This document shows positions 46,835-58,500 of a DNA stretch of 64,000 bases, piece after piece. The stretch covers positions 15,822-79,821 of the forward strand of contig JAFGIV010000013.1 of the NCBI GenBank assembly GCA_016929435.1, read 5' to 3'. The stretch's first letter is position 1. Every line of letters begins with the position of its first letter. Both the position numbers and the translations under genes were made by a program. Source of the DNA: Candidatus Uhrbacteria bacterium. Its GTDB lineage: Bacteria > Patescibacteriota > Patescibacteriia > SG8-24. A model generated the notes under the pieces. That model searched no databases. It worked only from the letters and a program-made list of their open reading frames with translations, and had not been told where the DNA came from.

Positions 46835-47293
46835 ATGACTGTCCAAGAGAGAATCGAAAGCGATTTCATCAGGGAGATGAAGGCCGGTAACAGGCCGGTG
46901 GTATCCGCGCTTCGGATGCTGAAGGCTGCCCTGAAGAACGCCCAGATAGAGAAGATGGCGCCATTGGATGACAGCGGGGCCATTGAGACCATATCCCGCG
47001 AGGCCAAGAAGATGCGGGATGCCCTTGAGACCTACCGGTCTGCCGGCCGCCAGGACATGGTCGACCGGGCCGAAGCGGAGATATCCGTTTTTCAGGCCTA
47101 TCTTCCCCAACCCCTCGGCAGGGAGGCCCTTGAGGGGATCGTCCGCTCCAAGATATCGGAATTGGGGGCCGTTGGGCCGAAGGACATGGGCCGGGTCATG
47201 GCAGCGGTCATGAAGGAGGCCCAGGGGCAGGCCGACGGTTCGGTTGTGAGCGAAATGGTAAGGTCTGCCCTCCTGGTCGGGTCAGGTGGCTGA
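46835..47293 (+). CDS. yqeY: GatB/YqeY domain protein
   Basis: LRMLKAAL, YLPQPL, KDMGRVM, ADGSVVSEMVR. Confidence 0.92.
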   Translation: MTVQERIESDFIREMKAGNRPVVSALRMLKAALKNAQIEKMAPLDDSGAIETISREAKKMRDALETYRSAGRQDMVDRAEAEISVFQAYLPQPLGREALEGIVRSKISELGAVGPKDMGRVMAAVMKEAQGQADGSVVSEMVRSALLVGSGG

Positions 47294-47335
47294 CCGGGCA
47301 GTACGGCCATCGGATCCGCTGTTAAACCTTCACCC

Positions 47336-49564
47336 ATGCTTGGAAGGAAACACCGGGAAAAAATCGCCGCCGTGACGGCCGACGGTCCGGGACACCGGAT
47401 CGGTTGGTTGTTGGCGGCGGTTTTGCTTTTGGCGTCAGCGGCGGCGTGGCCGGAAGCGGCCATGGCCCAGACGTCCGCCGCCGATCAGCTGGCGGCCGGA
47501 TTGGAGTCCACCCAGACAATCGGCCTGGGGACGGCCGATCTGGTGACCATGGTCGGGCGGATCATCAACGTTGCCCTGGGGATTTTGGGCGTCATAGTCG
47601 TTGTCCTGTTCGTGTACGCCGGTTACGTGTACATGATGGCCAAGGGCGATTCGGGGGAGGTCGACAAGGCCAAGCGGATCATGGTCAGTACGGTCATCGG
47701 GCTTGTCATTGTCCTGTCCGCCTACGCCATTACCCAGTTCATCCTTCGCACCATTTTGGGGAGCGTCGGACCGGGCGGCGGCCAGTCCGGTTCGGGGGGT
47801 TCGGTCTTGATGTCGAACTACTGCACGGACTGCGGCCCGGAACAGTTGGGCAACGGGATAATCTCCTACCACTACCCGACGGTCAACCAGACGGACGTGG
47901 AGCGGAACACCGGAATCGCCATTACCTTCAAGCTGCCGCTGTTGCCGTCGTCGGTACTGAAGAACTATTTCGATAACGGGACCTACGATACTGCGGATGA
48001 CGGCTGGTGCCCGACGGATTGCTCCGCGGAAGGGCACAACCCGATCGATCCGGCCAATCCCCCGACCTTTTACCTGAACGACGATAACGTCAAGGTCGTC
48101 CCGTTCGCTGACCTTCAGACGCCTTCCGGAAGCGCGGGTTCGGCGGAGGCCTTTGAGTCCCGGTACGACACCGATGCGGTCCTGTCCGGAGGGGAGGCAA
48201 CCGCCGTGCTGACGGCCGTTTCGCCGGTTTTTGACGTCAACGGATTGGGTCAGACCCTGGTGATCATGCCTACCGAATTTTTGGGAAGCAGCCAGGCTGA
48301 CGTGAACTACAGGGTGGCCCTGCGGGGCGGTTCGGACGAGGGGGCCATTCGGGTATTTGCCTGGGACCCGGATTCCGGCGCACCGGTATCGCGTCCGGCC
48401 TTCGACCGCCTCAATCCGGACGGGTCGTATTTCTGGAATTTCACCACCGGCACCCTCTTGGACCTGACCCCGCCGGAAATAACCGCCGTGGTACCCAAAA
48501 CCGCCAAGAACCTGCCGGTTGACGGCGACGATTCCGGACGGCTGTTCCGCAACCAGCTCCTGCAGGTCTATTTTTCCAAACCCATGAATCCGGCGACGGT
48601 TTCCGGGATCAACGGCAGCGGTTTCGGCTTCATTGAGACCTACTACAGGGACGGGGCGTCATGGAAGGTCCTGCCGGGAACGTGGGTCGTGGCGGCCGGG
48701 TATCGGGCCGTTGAGTACGTCCCTGACATGCCCTGCGACGGCATTACCGAAAACTCCTGTGGGGATAAGGTGTTTTGCCTGCCGTCGGATACCTTGATTG
48801 CCGTGGCCGTAAAGCCGGCCAGCGTCGGGGAACAGCCTCCCCGGGCCGCGGCCCTGAACGGCGTCGTTGACATGGTCGGCAACGTCCTGGACGGCAACGC
48901 CGACGGGGAGCTTTTGGGGCCGGGTCCGGTGGGAATCGGGTCATGGACCATGAACGGCTCCCTTATCCCCGGCACCTCGGTTTGGGCCAATTTTTCCAGG
49001 GATACCGTCATTTGGCTTTATGCGGTCGGAAACCGGATAGACCTTGAGCCGCCGAAGATAACGGCCGTAGACCCCACCAACCTTTCCAGCCGGCTCGGGC
49101 AGCCCTACCCGGACGGGTCGTCGCGGTTTCCGGTCGACCAGCCGATCACCTCCACCTGGACGAAGTCGATGAGCATCAAGTCCATGATCACCGGTCCTGA
49201 TTCCTACGGTCCGGCCACCATCGGCCTGCGGGCACAGGAGATAGCCAAGGACGGATCGGGGATCGGTTCGCCGGCCTTTACGGTCGAACCTGTCCTGGTT
49301 GACGGGGATACCCGCACCAGGATGGTCATGACCCACAGGATTTTCCTCACCGCCAACGATCTCGGATGGACGCCTCTCGACGCCAACCCCTCACTTCCAG
49401 TCTATATTCCGGTATTCAAGTCCCGCCTCCAGGATACCCGCCAAAACTGTTTCTACCCGAGTGAGGCGATCAACTGCTCGGGGATCGGGGAGATCAGCCC
49501 GTTTTGCTGCAGCGATTCGGTCAGCGCATCCGCCCTGCCGGCCTGTAACCCTAGCCTGCCGTAG
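47336..49564 (+). CDS. Surface protein: signal peptide, VirB2/TrbC-like pilin head, Ig-like (Big_5-type) domains
   Basis: IINVALGILGVIVVVLFVYAGYVYMMAKGD..EVDKAK..IGLVIVLSAYAI; P..NQTDVERNTGIAITF, WNFTTG, VYFSKPMNP; Cys-rich. Confidence 0.75.
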   Translation: MLGRKHREKIAAVTADGPGHRIGWLLAAVLLLASAAAWPEAAMAQTSAADQLAAGLESTQTIGLGTADLVTMVGRIINVALGILGVIVVVLFVYAGYVYMMAKGDSGEVDKAKRIMVSTVIGLVIVLSAYAITQFILRTILGSVGPGGGQSGSGGSVLMSNYCTDCGPEQLGNGIISYHYPTVNQTDVERNTGIAITFKLPLLPSSVLKNYFDNGTYDTADDGWCPTDCSAEGHNPIDPANPPTFYLNDDNVKVVPFADLQTPSGSAGSAEAFESRYDTDAVLSGGEATAVLTAVSPVFDVNGLGQTLVIMPTEFLGSSQADVNYRVALRGGSDEGAIRVFAWDPDSGAPVSRPAFDRLNPDGSYFWNFTTGTLLDLTPPEITAVVPKTAKNLPVDGDDSGRLFRNQLLQVYFSKPMNPATVSGINGSGFGFIETYYRDGASWKVLPGTWVVAAGYRAVEYVPDMPCDGITENSCGDKVFCLPSDTLIAVAVKPASVGEQPPRAAALNGVVDMVGNVLDGNADGELLGPGPVGIGSWTMNGSLIPGTSVWANFSRDTVIWLYAVGNRIDLEPPKITAVDPTNLSSRLGQPYPDGSSRFPVDQPITSTWTKSMSIKSMITGPDSYGPATIGLRAQEIAKDGSGIGSPAFTVEPVLVDGDTRTRMVMTHRIFLTANDLGWTPLDANPSLPVYIPVFKSRLQDTRQNCFYPSEAINCSGIGEISPFCCSDSVSASALPACNPSLP

Positions 49565-49567
49565 CGT

Positions 49568-52500
49568 ATGGTCAGACAAGCCCTTTCCGCAAGAAAAACG
49601 CTGGCCGCCATCCTGGCATTGGGTTTGGGGGCGGTTTTGGCCGTTCCCGCCCTGGCCCAAGTCGATGTCGGCCTGGAATCGGCGGCCGCCATTGGCCTTA
49701 CCACCACTGACATTCGAACGATCGTTTCCCAGGTAATCAACGTTTTCCTGGGTCTTTTGGGTATTGTGGCGGTTGCGCTGATAGTTTACGGCGGATACGT
49801 CTACATGATGGCCAAGGGGGACCAGAACGAGGTTCAGCGCGCCAAGAAGATATTGGTGAACGCCCTCATCGGGCTGATCATAATTTTGGCCTCATACGCC
49901 ATCGCCTCATTCGTGCTGCGGGCGATTTCCGGAGGCAGCGGCGGAGAGGTGGGGGAGGGGGATTGCCCTCCGGGGGCCACCTGCAGCTCCTCCTTCCCGT
50001 CCCCGGGCAACTCCCTCCTGCTGAACGGGGTCATTCCGAGCGGCAGCGGCCCGAACGGGATGGGTTGGACCAGGGATAGCCTGCCCAGGATCGTCTTTAA
50101 CCGCAAAATCGACGCAACCACCCTGGATGACAGCCGCATCAGGGTTACCCGCTGCAACAGCCGGATGGACGGGGAGACGATCGCCGATTTCAGGAACAGC
50201 GCCTGCAATACTGCGGTATCCGGGGAAGTCAGCCTGGTAAACGAGACCACTGCCGTGTTCCGACCGGTCGGACTGGAGAATGAGGGTCTTTTTGACGGTG
50301 ACTACTGGTATCGGCTGGAGCTTCGGGGGATCCCCCTGCCGATCAGGAGCCTGGACGGGAAGGACCTGGCATGCCTGACGGCCCTGCCGGGAGACGGGGA
50401 TTACGATTCCTACGTTCAGAACCTGCCGTCTAATTCCCGGGTCTGCATTAGGGCCATTGCCTACAACACCCTAATTGATACCGGACCGCCCACCGTAGCC
50501 ATCAGTTGGCCCAGGGACGGGCAGTCGATCTGTGCCGATACGACCGAGGCTTCGGCCGTGGCCAGGGACGATGTCCTGGTTTCGGGGATCCGGTTCTCTC
50601 TTTCCGATCCGGCCTCGCCGTCCGACCCGCTTTCCCTGGCCTTCCCGTCGAACCCCTTGGACATCCCCAATTCCGGGCAGGTGACCGGTCCGTTTACCGC
50701 CTCCGCCACGATTTTCGGCAGTCACCTCAACGTTGGACAGGAATACAGGTTTTCGGCCGTGGCTTCCGACCTCCGTTTCCCGAACCCCGAAGGGGAGACT
50801 GTTGGGGTTGATTTCAGCGTCAGGCCCCAGCACTGCTGCGACGGCCAGCTGAACGACGACGAGAGCGGGGTGGACTGTGGCCCTGATTCCGGCTGCGGGT
50901 CGTGCCCGGGGGACGGGTGCACGGAAAACGGCGACTGTTCGTCCGGTTTTTGCGAGGAAGGCGTCTGCGTTTCCCTGCCGCGAATAGTCTCCGTTGACCC
51001 GATTGATCCCAATACGCAAGTTTTTGGCGGCGGTCCGGGGACCCTGGTTACCCTGAACGGCGAGTACTTCGGCGGGGCGGTCGGGGTCGTGGAGTTCTAT
51101 GACGGTACGCATGCCCTGACCGCCGAACCGTGCCTTCCGGGAGCCTGGACCAACGGCCAGGTGACCGTTAGGGTTCCTGAGGGGGTGAAGGTGGGAGGGC
51201 GGTATTTCGTCCGACTGACCAGGTCCGACAGCCGACACACCAGCACGGAAGCCGGACAGGAGGATGCCTACGGCTGGCTGGGGTATTTTCAGGAGAACGG
51301 GAATAACACCCCGGGCATCTGCCTGATCAGGCCGGCCAGCGGCAGCGAGGGCGACGTTTTTGAGGTTGTCGGTGACGGTTTCGGTGACGGTTCGGTGGGT
51401 GACCTGACGGTTAGTTTCGGGATATCCAACCCTTTCACGGTGGTGCCGGATTCCCGGACAGCGTCTTCCCTGACGGCCAAGGTCCCGCGGGCCCCGGAGG
51501 GCACCTATCCGGTTCGGGTTTCCGGATCCGGATGGATGACCACAAACGACCCGAAGTTCGCCGTCCTTCTGCCCTCCGAAAGCATGCAGCCGAAGATCGA
51601 GGGGATTTCGCCGAACGCCGGCCCGGTCGGAAATTACGTTACGATCAGCGGTAAGGGGTTCGGCAGCCAGCGCGGGCGGGTGGTGTTCCTGTTCGGGGAC
51701 GGACTGAACGAGGAACGGGCCATTGGGGCGGATACGGTCTGCGAAGACAGCTGGAAGGACTCCTACGTTACGGTCAAGGTACCGAAACAGTACGAGTGCC
51801 AGGAAGGAAGCGCCTGTCCCCTGCAGTTGGGCACGCACCGGATCCGGGTGGAGACGGCCAAGGGGCTGAAGAGCAACACCGTTAACTTCACGGTCAACAC
51901 CGATCCCCTGACCCCGAACATCTGTTCCATCAAGCCGGATAACGGCCCGCCCGGCACGGTCGTGACGGTGGGCGGGGAAAACCTTGGATCCGGTCCGGCC
52001 GCCGCCGCTCCCCTGAACGCCGTCGGATACGAGTGCCAGGACCCGAACCAGACCGGATGCGACATCAACGGCGTCGCCATGTCCTCGGAGGTCTCCTCCT
52101 GGCAGGTGAAGGCCCTGAAGTCAATCGTTCCGGGCAACAGGCTTAGCGTTGCCACCTGGCCGGACAGCGGCGATGTCCATGTCTGGTCCTACAATGTCCG
52201 CAGCGGAAACGGCCTGCCGTTCCTGGTCCAGGACTGCAACGACGGCGGGGACCGGGCCTGCCCCGCGGGTTTCGTGTGCTGCCAATCCGGTATCTGCGAT
52301 GACGGTTCGTCCAGCCCGACCGGCCGTCCCTGCGACTTCAGCCGCACCAGCGAGTTCGCCTGGCGTTTGAGCACGGAGATGATGCCCGTACCCCCCCAGC
52401 TTCTGACCTGTCCGTCATGCGGGGCGGTCGCCTGTCCCCTGACCGACGGCCTGCAGAGCCCCTCCCCGTTTCCGGGGTCGCGGGATGCCTGCGTCAACGC

Positions 52501-55500
52501 CAACATTGAGGCGGTGATCAGCCAGCGGCTGGAGGTTCCGTCCGGTGTCTCCGCGGCGGTTTCCGTTCTGTCCTGCGGTTCCGGGGAATCGCCGGATTCC
52601 TGTGTCGATGTGACAGGTGAAATGTCCCTGACGGTTTCGGCGGTCGGGGCGGGAGGGGGAAGCGGCCTGGTCAGCATCCGGCCGTCCGGCGGGGATTTCC
52701 TCCTGCCGGATACCTGGTACAGGGTCACTCTCAAATCCGACGGGCTTAGGGAAAACCTGACCGGGAACCGTACGGCCTTTGACGGCGACAGGGACGGCCT
52801 GCCGGGCGGCGATTATGTTTGGGAGTTCCGGACCAAGGATTCCCCCTGTGCCCTTGCGTCGGTAAGCGTAACGCCGAGCGAATACAACATTGACCACTGG
52901 AAGGGACAGCCGTCCCCGGACGACAGCGGTTTCAGGGCCGGCCTTCAGGCCGCCAACTGCAACAGCATCACCTGTGATCCCCTGAGCTATTCCATCGGGT
53001 GGTCGGTATCCGATCCCATGACGATATCCAAGGTGACGACGGCCAAGGCCTGTCACCAGAAGGTAGAGGCCCTGAAGGAAACCCTAATCGGGGAATTGGT
53101 CGACCTTTCGGCCAATGTCCGGCCTGTAGGGGAAACCCTGAGCCGGACCGGGAAGGCGGGGATTACGGCCCGGTTCGCCGATCCGGAGGTAGCGGGATTT
53201 GAGCCTGATTGCGATGAGGCCTGCGTCAACGCCGCCATCGGCATGACGTTCAGCACGCCGATGGAACCGAATTCCGTAATCGCCGGCAATACCGTCCTTC
53301 TCAAGACCTGCCGAAACCAAAGCTGCAACGAGCCTTTCGAGACGGCCGGGGCGGTCGGTCTGGTCGGCATCGAAAGCTATGCTGGCACTGATTCCGACGG
53401 CTATGTCGGATTCAGCCTTGATACCGACTCTGACCTGGCGCCGAACACTTTCTACCTGGTGATGGTGAAGGGCGGAGGGAACGGCGTGATGAGCAAGAGC
53501 GGCAAGACCCTGGTCGGCACCAACCTTACCGATTCCTCCGGAACCCCCTGGTTTACCTGGCGTTTCCGGACCAAGGACAGCAACCTGCCCTGCCAGCCGA
53601 GTCGGGCGGAAATAGTACCAAGGAACGCCGAGTTCAGGTATGTCGGACAGAAACTGCCGCTTTTCGTCCGCACCTACGGTTCCCCCGATTCCTGCAGCGC
53701 CGAAGGGCAGGCCCTGAACGCCGGCGATTACGGCTGGAGTTGGGGAAAGACGGCCAATGGCGTAGTCAGCCGGTTCCTGACCTCTGGGTCGGCCACTGTC
53801 CTGGATACCAATCCGGCCGTCCCGATCGGGTGCTCCTCCAGTTGCCTTAAGGTCGGTTCCCAGACGGCCCGGCCCCAATGCGGCAACGGGAAGGTCGAAT
53901 TAGGGGAGGATTGTGACGGAGGCAGCGGCTGCTCCCCCACCTGCCTGAACACCGGTTCCCCGACCTGCGGCAACGGTGTCCTTGATCCTGGGGAGGATTG
54001 CGAGTCGGTCGGCGGGATATTCCCTCCCGGGTGCTCCGACTGCCTCAATGCCGGATCGGCCCAGGGGAACTCGACCTGCGGCGACGGGTACGTTGGGGAC
54101 GGCGAGGATTGCGACGGGACCAGCGGCTGTGACCCCGTGTCCTGCCTAAATTTGGGGACCTTGCCCAGGTGCGAGGCCGTTACCGCACCCAAACCGGGCG
54201 TTAACTGCATAAACTATTGCGGAAACGGGATTTTGGAATACGGGGAGGAGTGTGAGGCTGCAGGCGGCACCTTTCCCCCGGGTTGCGACAGGAAAACCTG
54301 CCTGTGGGCCGGGACACCCAAGTGTTCCGATCCTGAAGGCGCCAAATGCTGCGGCAACGGGATTACGGACAGCGGGGAGGATCCGGGTTGCGAGTTCGGG
54401 TTCGGCCAATCGGCCGAATGGTGCGACGACCGGTGCCTGAACCGCGGATCCTCATACCTTTACGATTCGCCCAGCTTCTGCGGAGACATGGTTTTGGGCA
54501 GCGGGGAGGAATTGGGGTGTGAGGTGGCCTCCACAGGCCAGCCCGGACCGGCCGATCCTTTCCAGGTGATACTCGGGGGCAAGCCCCTGGCCACGGCCAT
54601 TGACCCGGCCACCGGATCGGCGACCGACACGGTAACATCCCGGACCGGGGGGATTTCGGCATCCAACCAGGGTGAAGCCACCGTCAGCCTTACCTGCCGC
54701 TGCCGGGAGGAGGACGATCCGCACGGTTTCTGTGAGTCGGTGGGGGAAGGTTTGGGGTGCGACGACATCGGCTGCTGCTCGCCGGCTCCCGGCGTGGCCG
54801 GCTCTACGCCGGCGGACGGCTCCTCCAACATCTGCCGCAATGCCCTTGTCAGCGTTGTTTTCGATGCGGCCATCAGTCCAGACTCGGTCAACGGCAGCAG
54901 TTTCCGGGTCGTGCGGGACGCTGGTTTTGGCACGCCGGCCTGCCGGTTCTGCAGTAACGATCCGGACAGGGCCTGCCTGTCCGATGGGGATTGCGGTTCG
55001 GGCGGTACCTGCCAGGACGGGACGGTGGAGAACGGCGGGAAGATACTGGCCGCTGTCGGCACGGGGGAACCGTCCGAAGACGGCGGGTTATGGGATCGGT
55101 TCGTCCGGTTCGTCCGCCGGCTGTTTTTCCGGTCAGCGTCAGCCCAGACTGTACAGACCTTCTGTCGGGTTCCCGGCCAGGTCAGCCTGACCGGACAGGA
55201 CACCGTTACCTTTACCCCGTTCGGCGTAATGTCCGGAACGGTAGGCCACCACATCCTTTTGACCGGCGGCAGCGACGGAATTCGCTCGTCCATGGGCGTG
55301 CCCATGAAGGCGGACCGGAGGATATCGTTCGTCACCTCGGACAGCGTCTGCGAAATAGGATCGATCCGGATCGATCCGGAATCGGTCCTGATCCAGGGCA
55401 TTGAGGGGGAAAACTCCTCCTTTGTCCTGACGGCCCATGCCCAGGCGGCCGGCCAGCCGGTCGGGACGGAAATCGTTTCCACGCCGGCCTATCGGTTCGA

Positions 55501-58500
55501 CTGGAACTGGAACCTGCCGGTCGTCACCTCTCCGGTGGCGCTGACGGTATCCGACTTTTTTCCTGACGGCCAGGGCCACAGTCCGGTATCCGAAGTCAGG
55601 GCCAGGACAGGAGCGGGATTCCCGAAGGAGGGGAGGGAAACCGTAACGGTCCGGACCGACATATACGGTTCGGGGACATCGGTCACCAAAACCATGACTG
55701 CCTCTTCCGATGCGACGGTCATGCTCTGTGAGCACCCGTGGCCGGATTGGCATGTCTGCAGTTCGGCCAATGACGTCTATTATCCCTATCCGGGGCACGC
55801 CGTCGACTGTTCCAGGGCCGGCCAGCAGATGTGGTATCCGTTCATAGACGGAAGCACCCTAACCTCCTTCTATTACTGTCGTGACGGTGCCACGGCCGGC
55901 GATTCCGGACAGTTGCTGCCGGCATTGAGCGGCGTTAAGATCGGCAGTAACCGGGCCGACATCCTCCACGAATACCTGTTCACCTTTCCGGGTTCGGCGG
56001 GGGAAAACTGGGTTAGGGACGCCATCGGACTGCGGGTTTCCAAGAACATGGAGCATTTCGGCATTTCCGACTGGTATTCCCGGCAGGGTTTCGTCGGTTC
56101 CCCGCAGCCGGTAACGATGGACGGCTATGAGGGCCTGAAGGAGGGACGGAGCGTTTACGTAAATGCCGCCGCCAAGACCGCCGTTTCCCCGAACCTGTAC
56201 ACCAATGTGTATACCCTGTCCCACAGTGACGGGGCTTCCCCGGAGACGGTCGGCATTTTCAGCCAGATCCTCGGAAACATGGACATGAACTGGCGGGTCC
56301 TGACCGACAGCCGCTATTGCGTGATTGACGACAGGCAGGTCCTGGTTGACGGGCAACCGGTATATTGCGAGAAGGACCGGGACTGTCGGGTTACGGCCGG
56401 TGACGACGGCCGGGAATCGTTCCCATCCGAAAGGTCCGTTTGGACCTGTCAGGCCGACAGGAGCAAGGTCCGACGCGATGTCCTGCGCTGGTCAGACATC
56501 CATACCATCCGTCTGGCCCTGAACCGGGCCCGGTCGGTAGGCGGATACCCGTCCCTGGATTCCGGGACCTACCTGCGCGGCTGGACCACCAGTGCCTGGC
56601 CGTCCTGGAACGAGGTCTTGGCGAACCAGATCGGTTTGGGGTCGCTTCCGGCCGATCCGGCGGAGGGTTTCATGGACTGCGGAACCGGCGGTTCGGGGCA
56701 CGATTCAGTGACCTGCTGGGATCCGGCTGTCAGGACCTACCGGTGTCCGTCCGGATCGCAGACATATACGTATAGGGGTTTGGGCGGGCTGAACTATGTC
56801 CTGGAGGCGATGTTCGAGTATGCGGACGGAAACTGGGCCAGCGGCACTGCCTGTTTGGGCAAGGGCGAGCCTGCCTGCCGGGCAAACGACCGTTGCGAAT
56901 GGCTTTCCTCCGACGGCTCCCCTTCGGAATGCCAATACCGGGGCGGCGGTCGGATAAGGGTCAGGGGTATCGGTAACGTTGAAACCACGTGCTCATCCGG
57001 GGTTACCGTTGGCATCGGCTCGGTTTGCGGTGACGGCCTGGTCGGGGAAGGGGAGGAATGCGAGCCGGGAGTGTCGTCCCCGCGCCAGATTCCCTGCGCG
57101 GCGGATTCGCGGAGCGGTTTCCGCCATCAGGCCTGCAATGACCAGTGCCGGTGGCAGGACTCCAGCGGCTGCATTACCGGTTCCTGCGGCGACGGCATTG
57201 TCCAGACGGAAGCGGGCGAGGCCTGCGATGACGGGCCCCTGAACGGGCAATACGGCCGATGCGGCAATGACTGCACCTATTCTGCCTCCCGATGCGGCGA
57301 CGGCGTCCGTCAGGCCAACGAGGCCTGCGATTGTGCACCCGGCGGGTTGCCGAACGGCACCTATGCCCTGAACGGCGTCCTGGCATCGTCCGGACAGCGG
57401 TGCGGAAACTCCGGACACGCCGTTCCGGGGTGTGCCTGGGACTGTTCCGGTCCCGGACCGCGCTGCGGTGACCTGGTGGTGAACGGCAGCGAGCAGTGCG
57501 ACGGCGGGACGGAGGAATATCCCAGGCTGTGCATCGGAAAGAACAACGGCAACCCGAAACGGCCGGTCATGACCGGCAACACCTACAGTCCGGTTCCCGG
57601 AAACGCCTACACCGGGTGTCGGACAGATGCCGATTGCCCGAGTGACCAGGTTTGCGCCGCCCTATGCGATCCTGACAGGCCGGAGCGGGTCTGGCGCAGG
57701 AACTGCCAGAGCAACGACCCGTTCGATTGGTTCGATAACGATGACGGCAGGGCCTGCACCTGGACCGTTTGGCAGTGCGGCTCGGCAGGTTTCTGCGGCA
57801 ACGGGGTCTTGGAAACGGGGGAGGAATGCGATGACGGCAATGACGACAATATGGACTCCTGCATCATCGACCCGAACGGCACCGGAACCTTCGGGACGCC
57901 GGTGATGTGCCGGAAAGCCGCCTGCGGCGACGGCTACGTCAGCCCGTCCAACAACGAGGAGTGCGATGCCGGCAGCCAAAACGGCCAGTCCTGCATTGCG
58001 GAATACGGCAAGACCTGCTCGTTCTGTTCGACGGGATGCAAGTTGGCCTACGTTTCCGGCGGGTTCTGCGGGGACAGCGTCATCCAGAACCGTTCCTTTG
58101 TCCCTCCGGGGCCGGAGGAATGCGAAGGGAGCCTGGAGCTGGAGAACTGGGTCTGCGTCAGCGACCGCCCGGAACACCAGATGTTCGGAAAGATGACCGG
58201 TTTGGCCATATGTGACCACGAAAGGGGGTGTGTCCGGGGGTGTTCCGATTCCGGGTCGGTCCCGTGCCTGGAGACCGGGAACCCGCTTGCCGGATCGGAT
58301 TACGACGGGGAGGCCGGATGGGACAAGCCGAACGATGCCCTTTTGGCGGCCATCGGTTACGGTTATGACCTGGGACAGACGGTTTTGGCTGACGGGCCGT
58401 GCGATCCGGACTGGGATAACGACGGCGTGCCCAACGGTTCGGACTGCCGCCCGACGGTCAGTGAGGTGCATCCCGCATACCAGGTGGTGGCCTCGGACGG

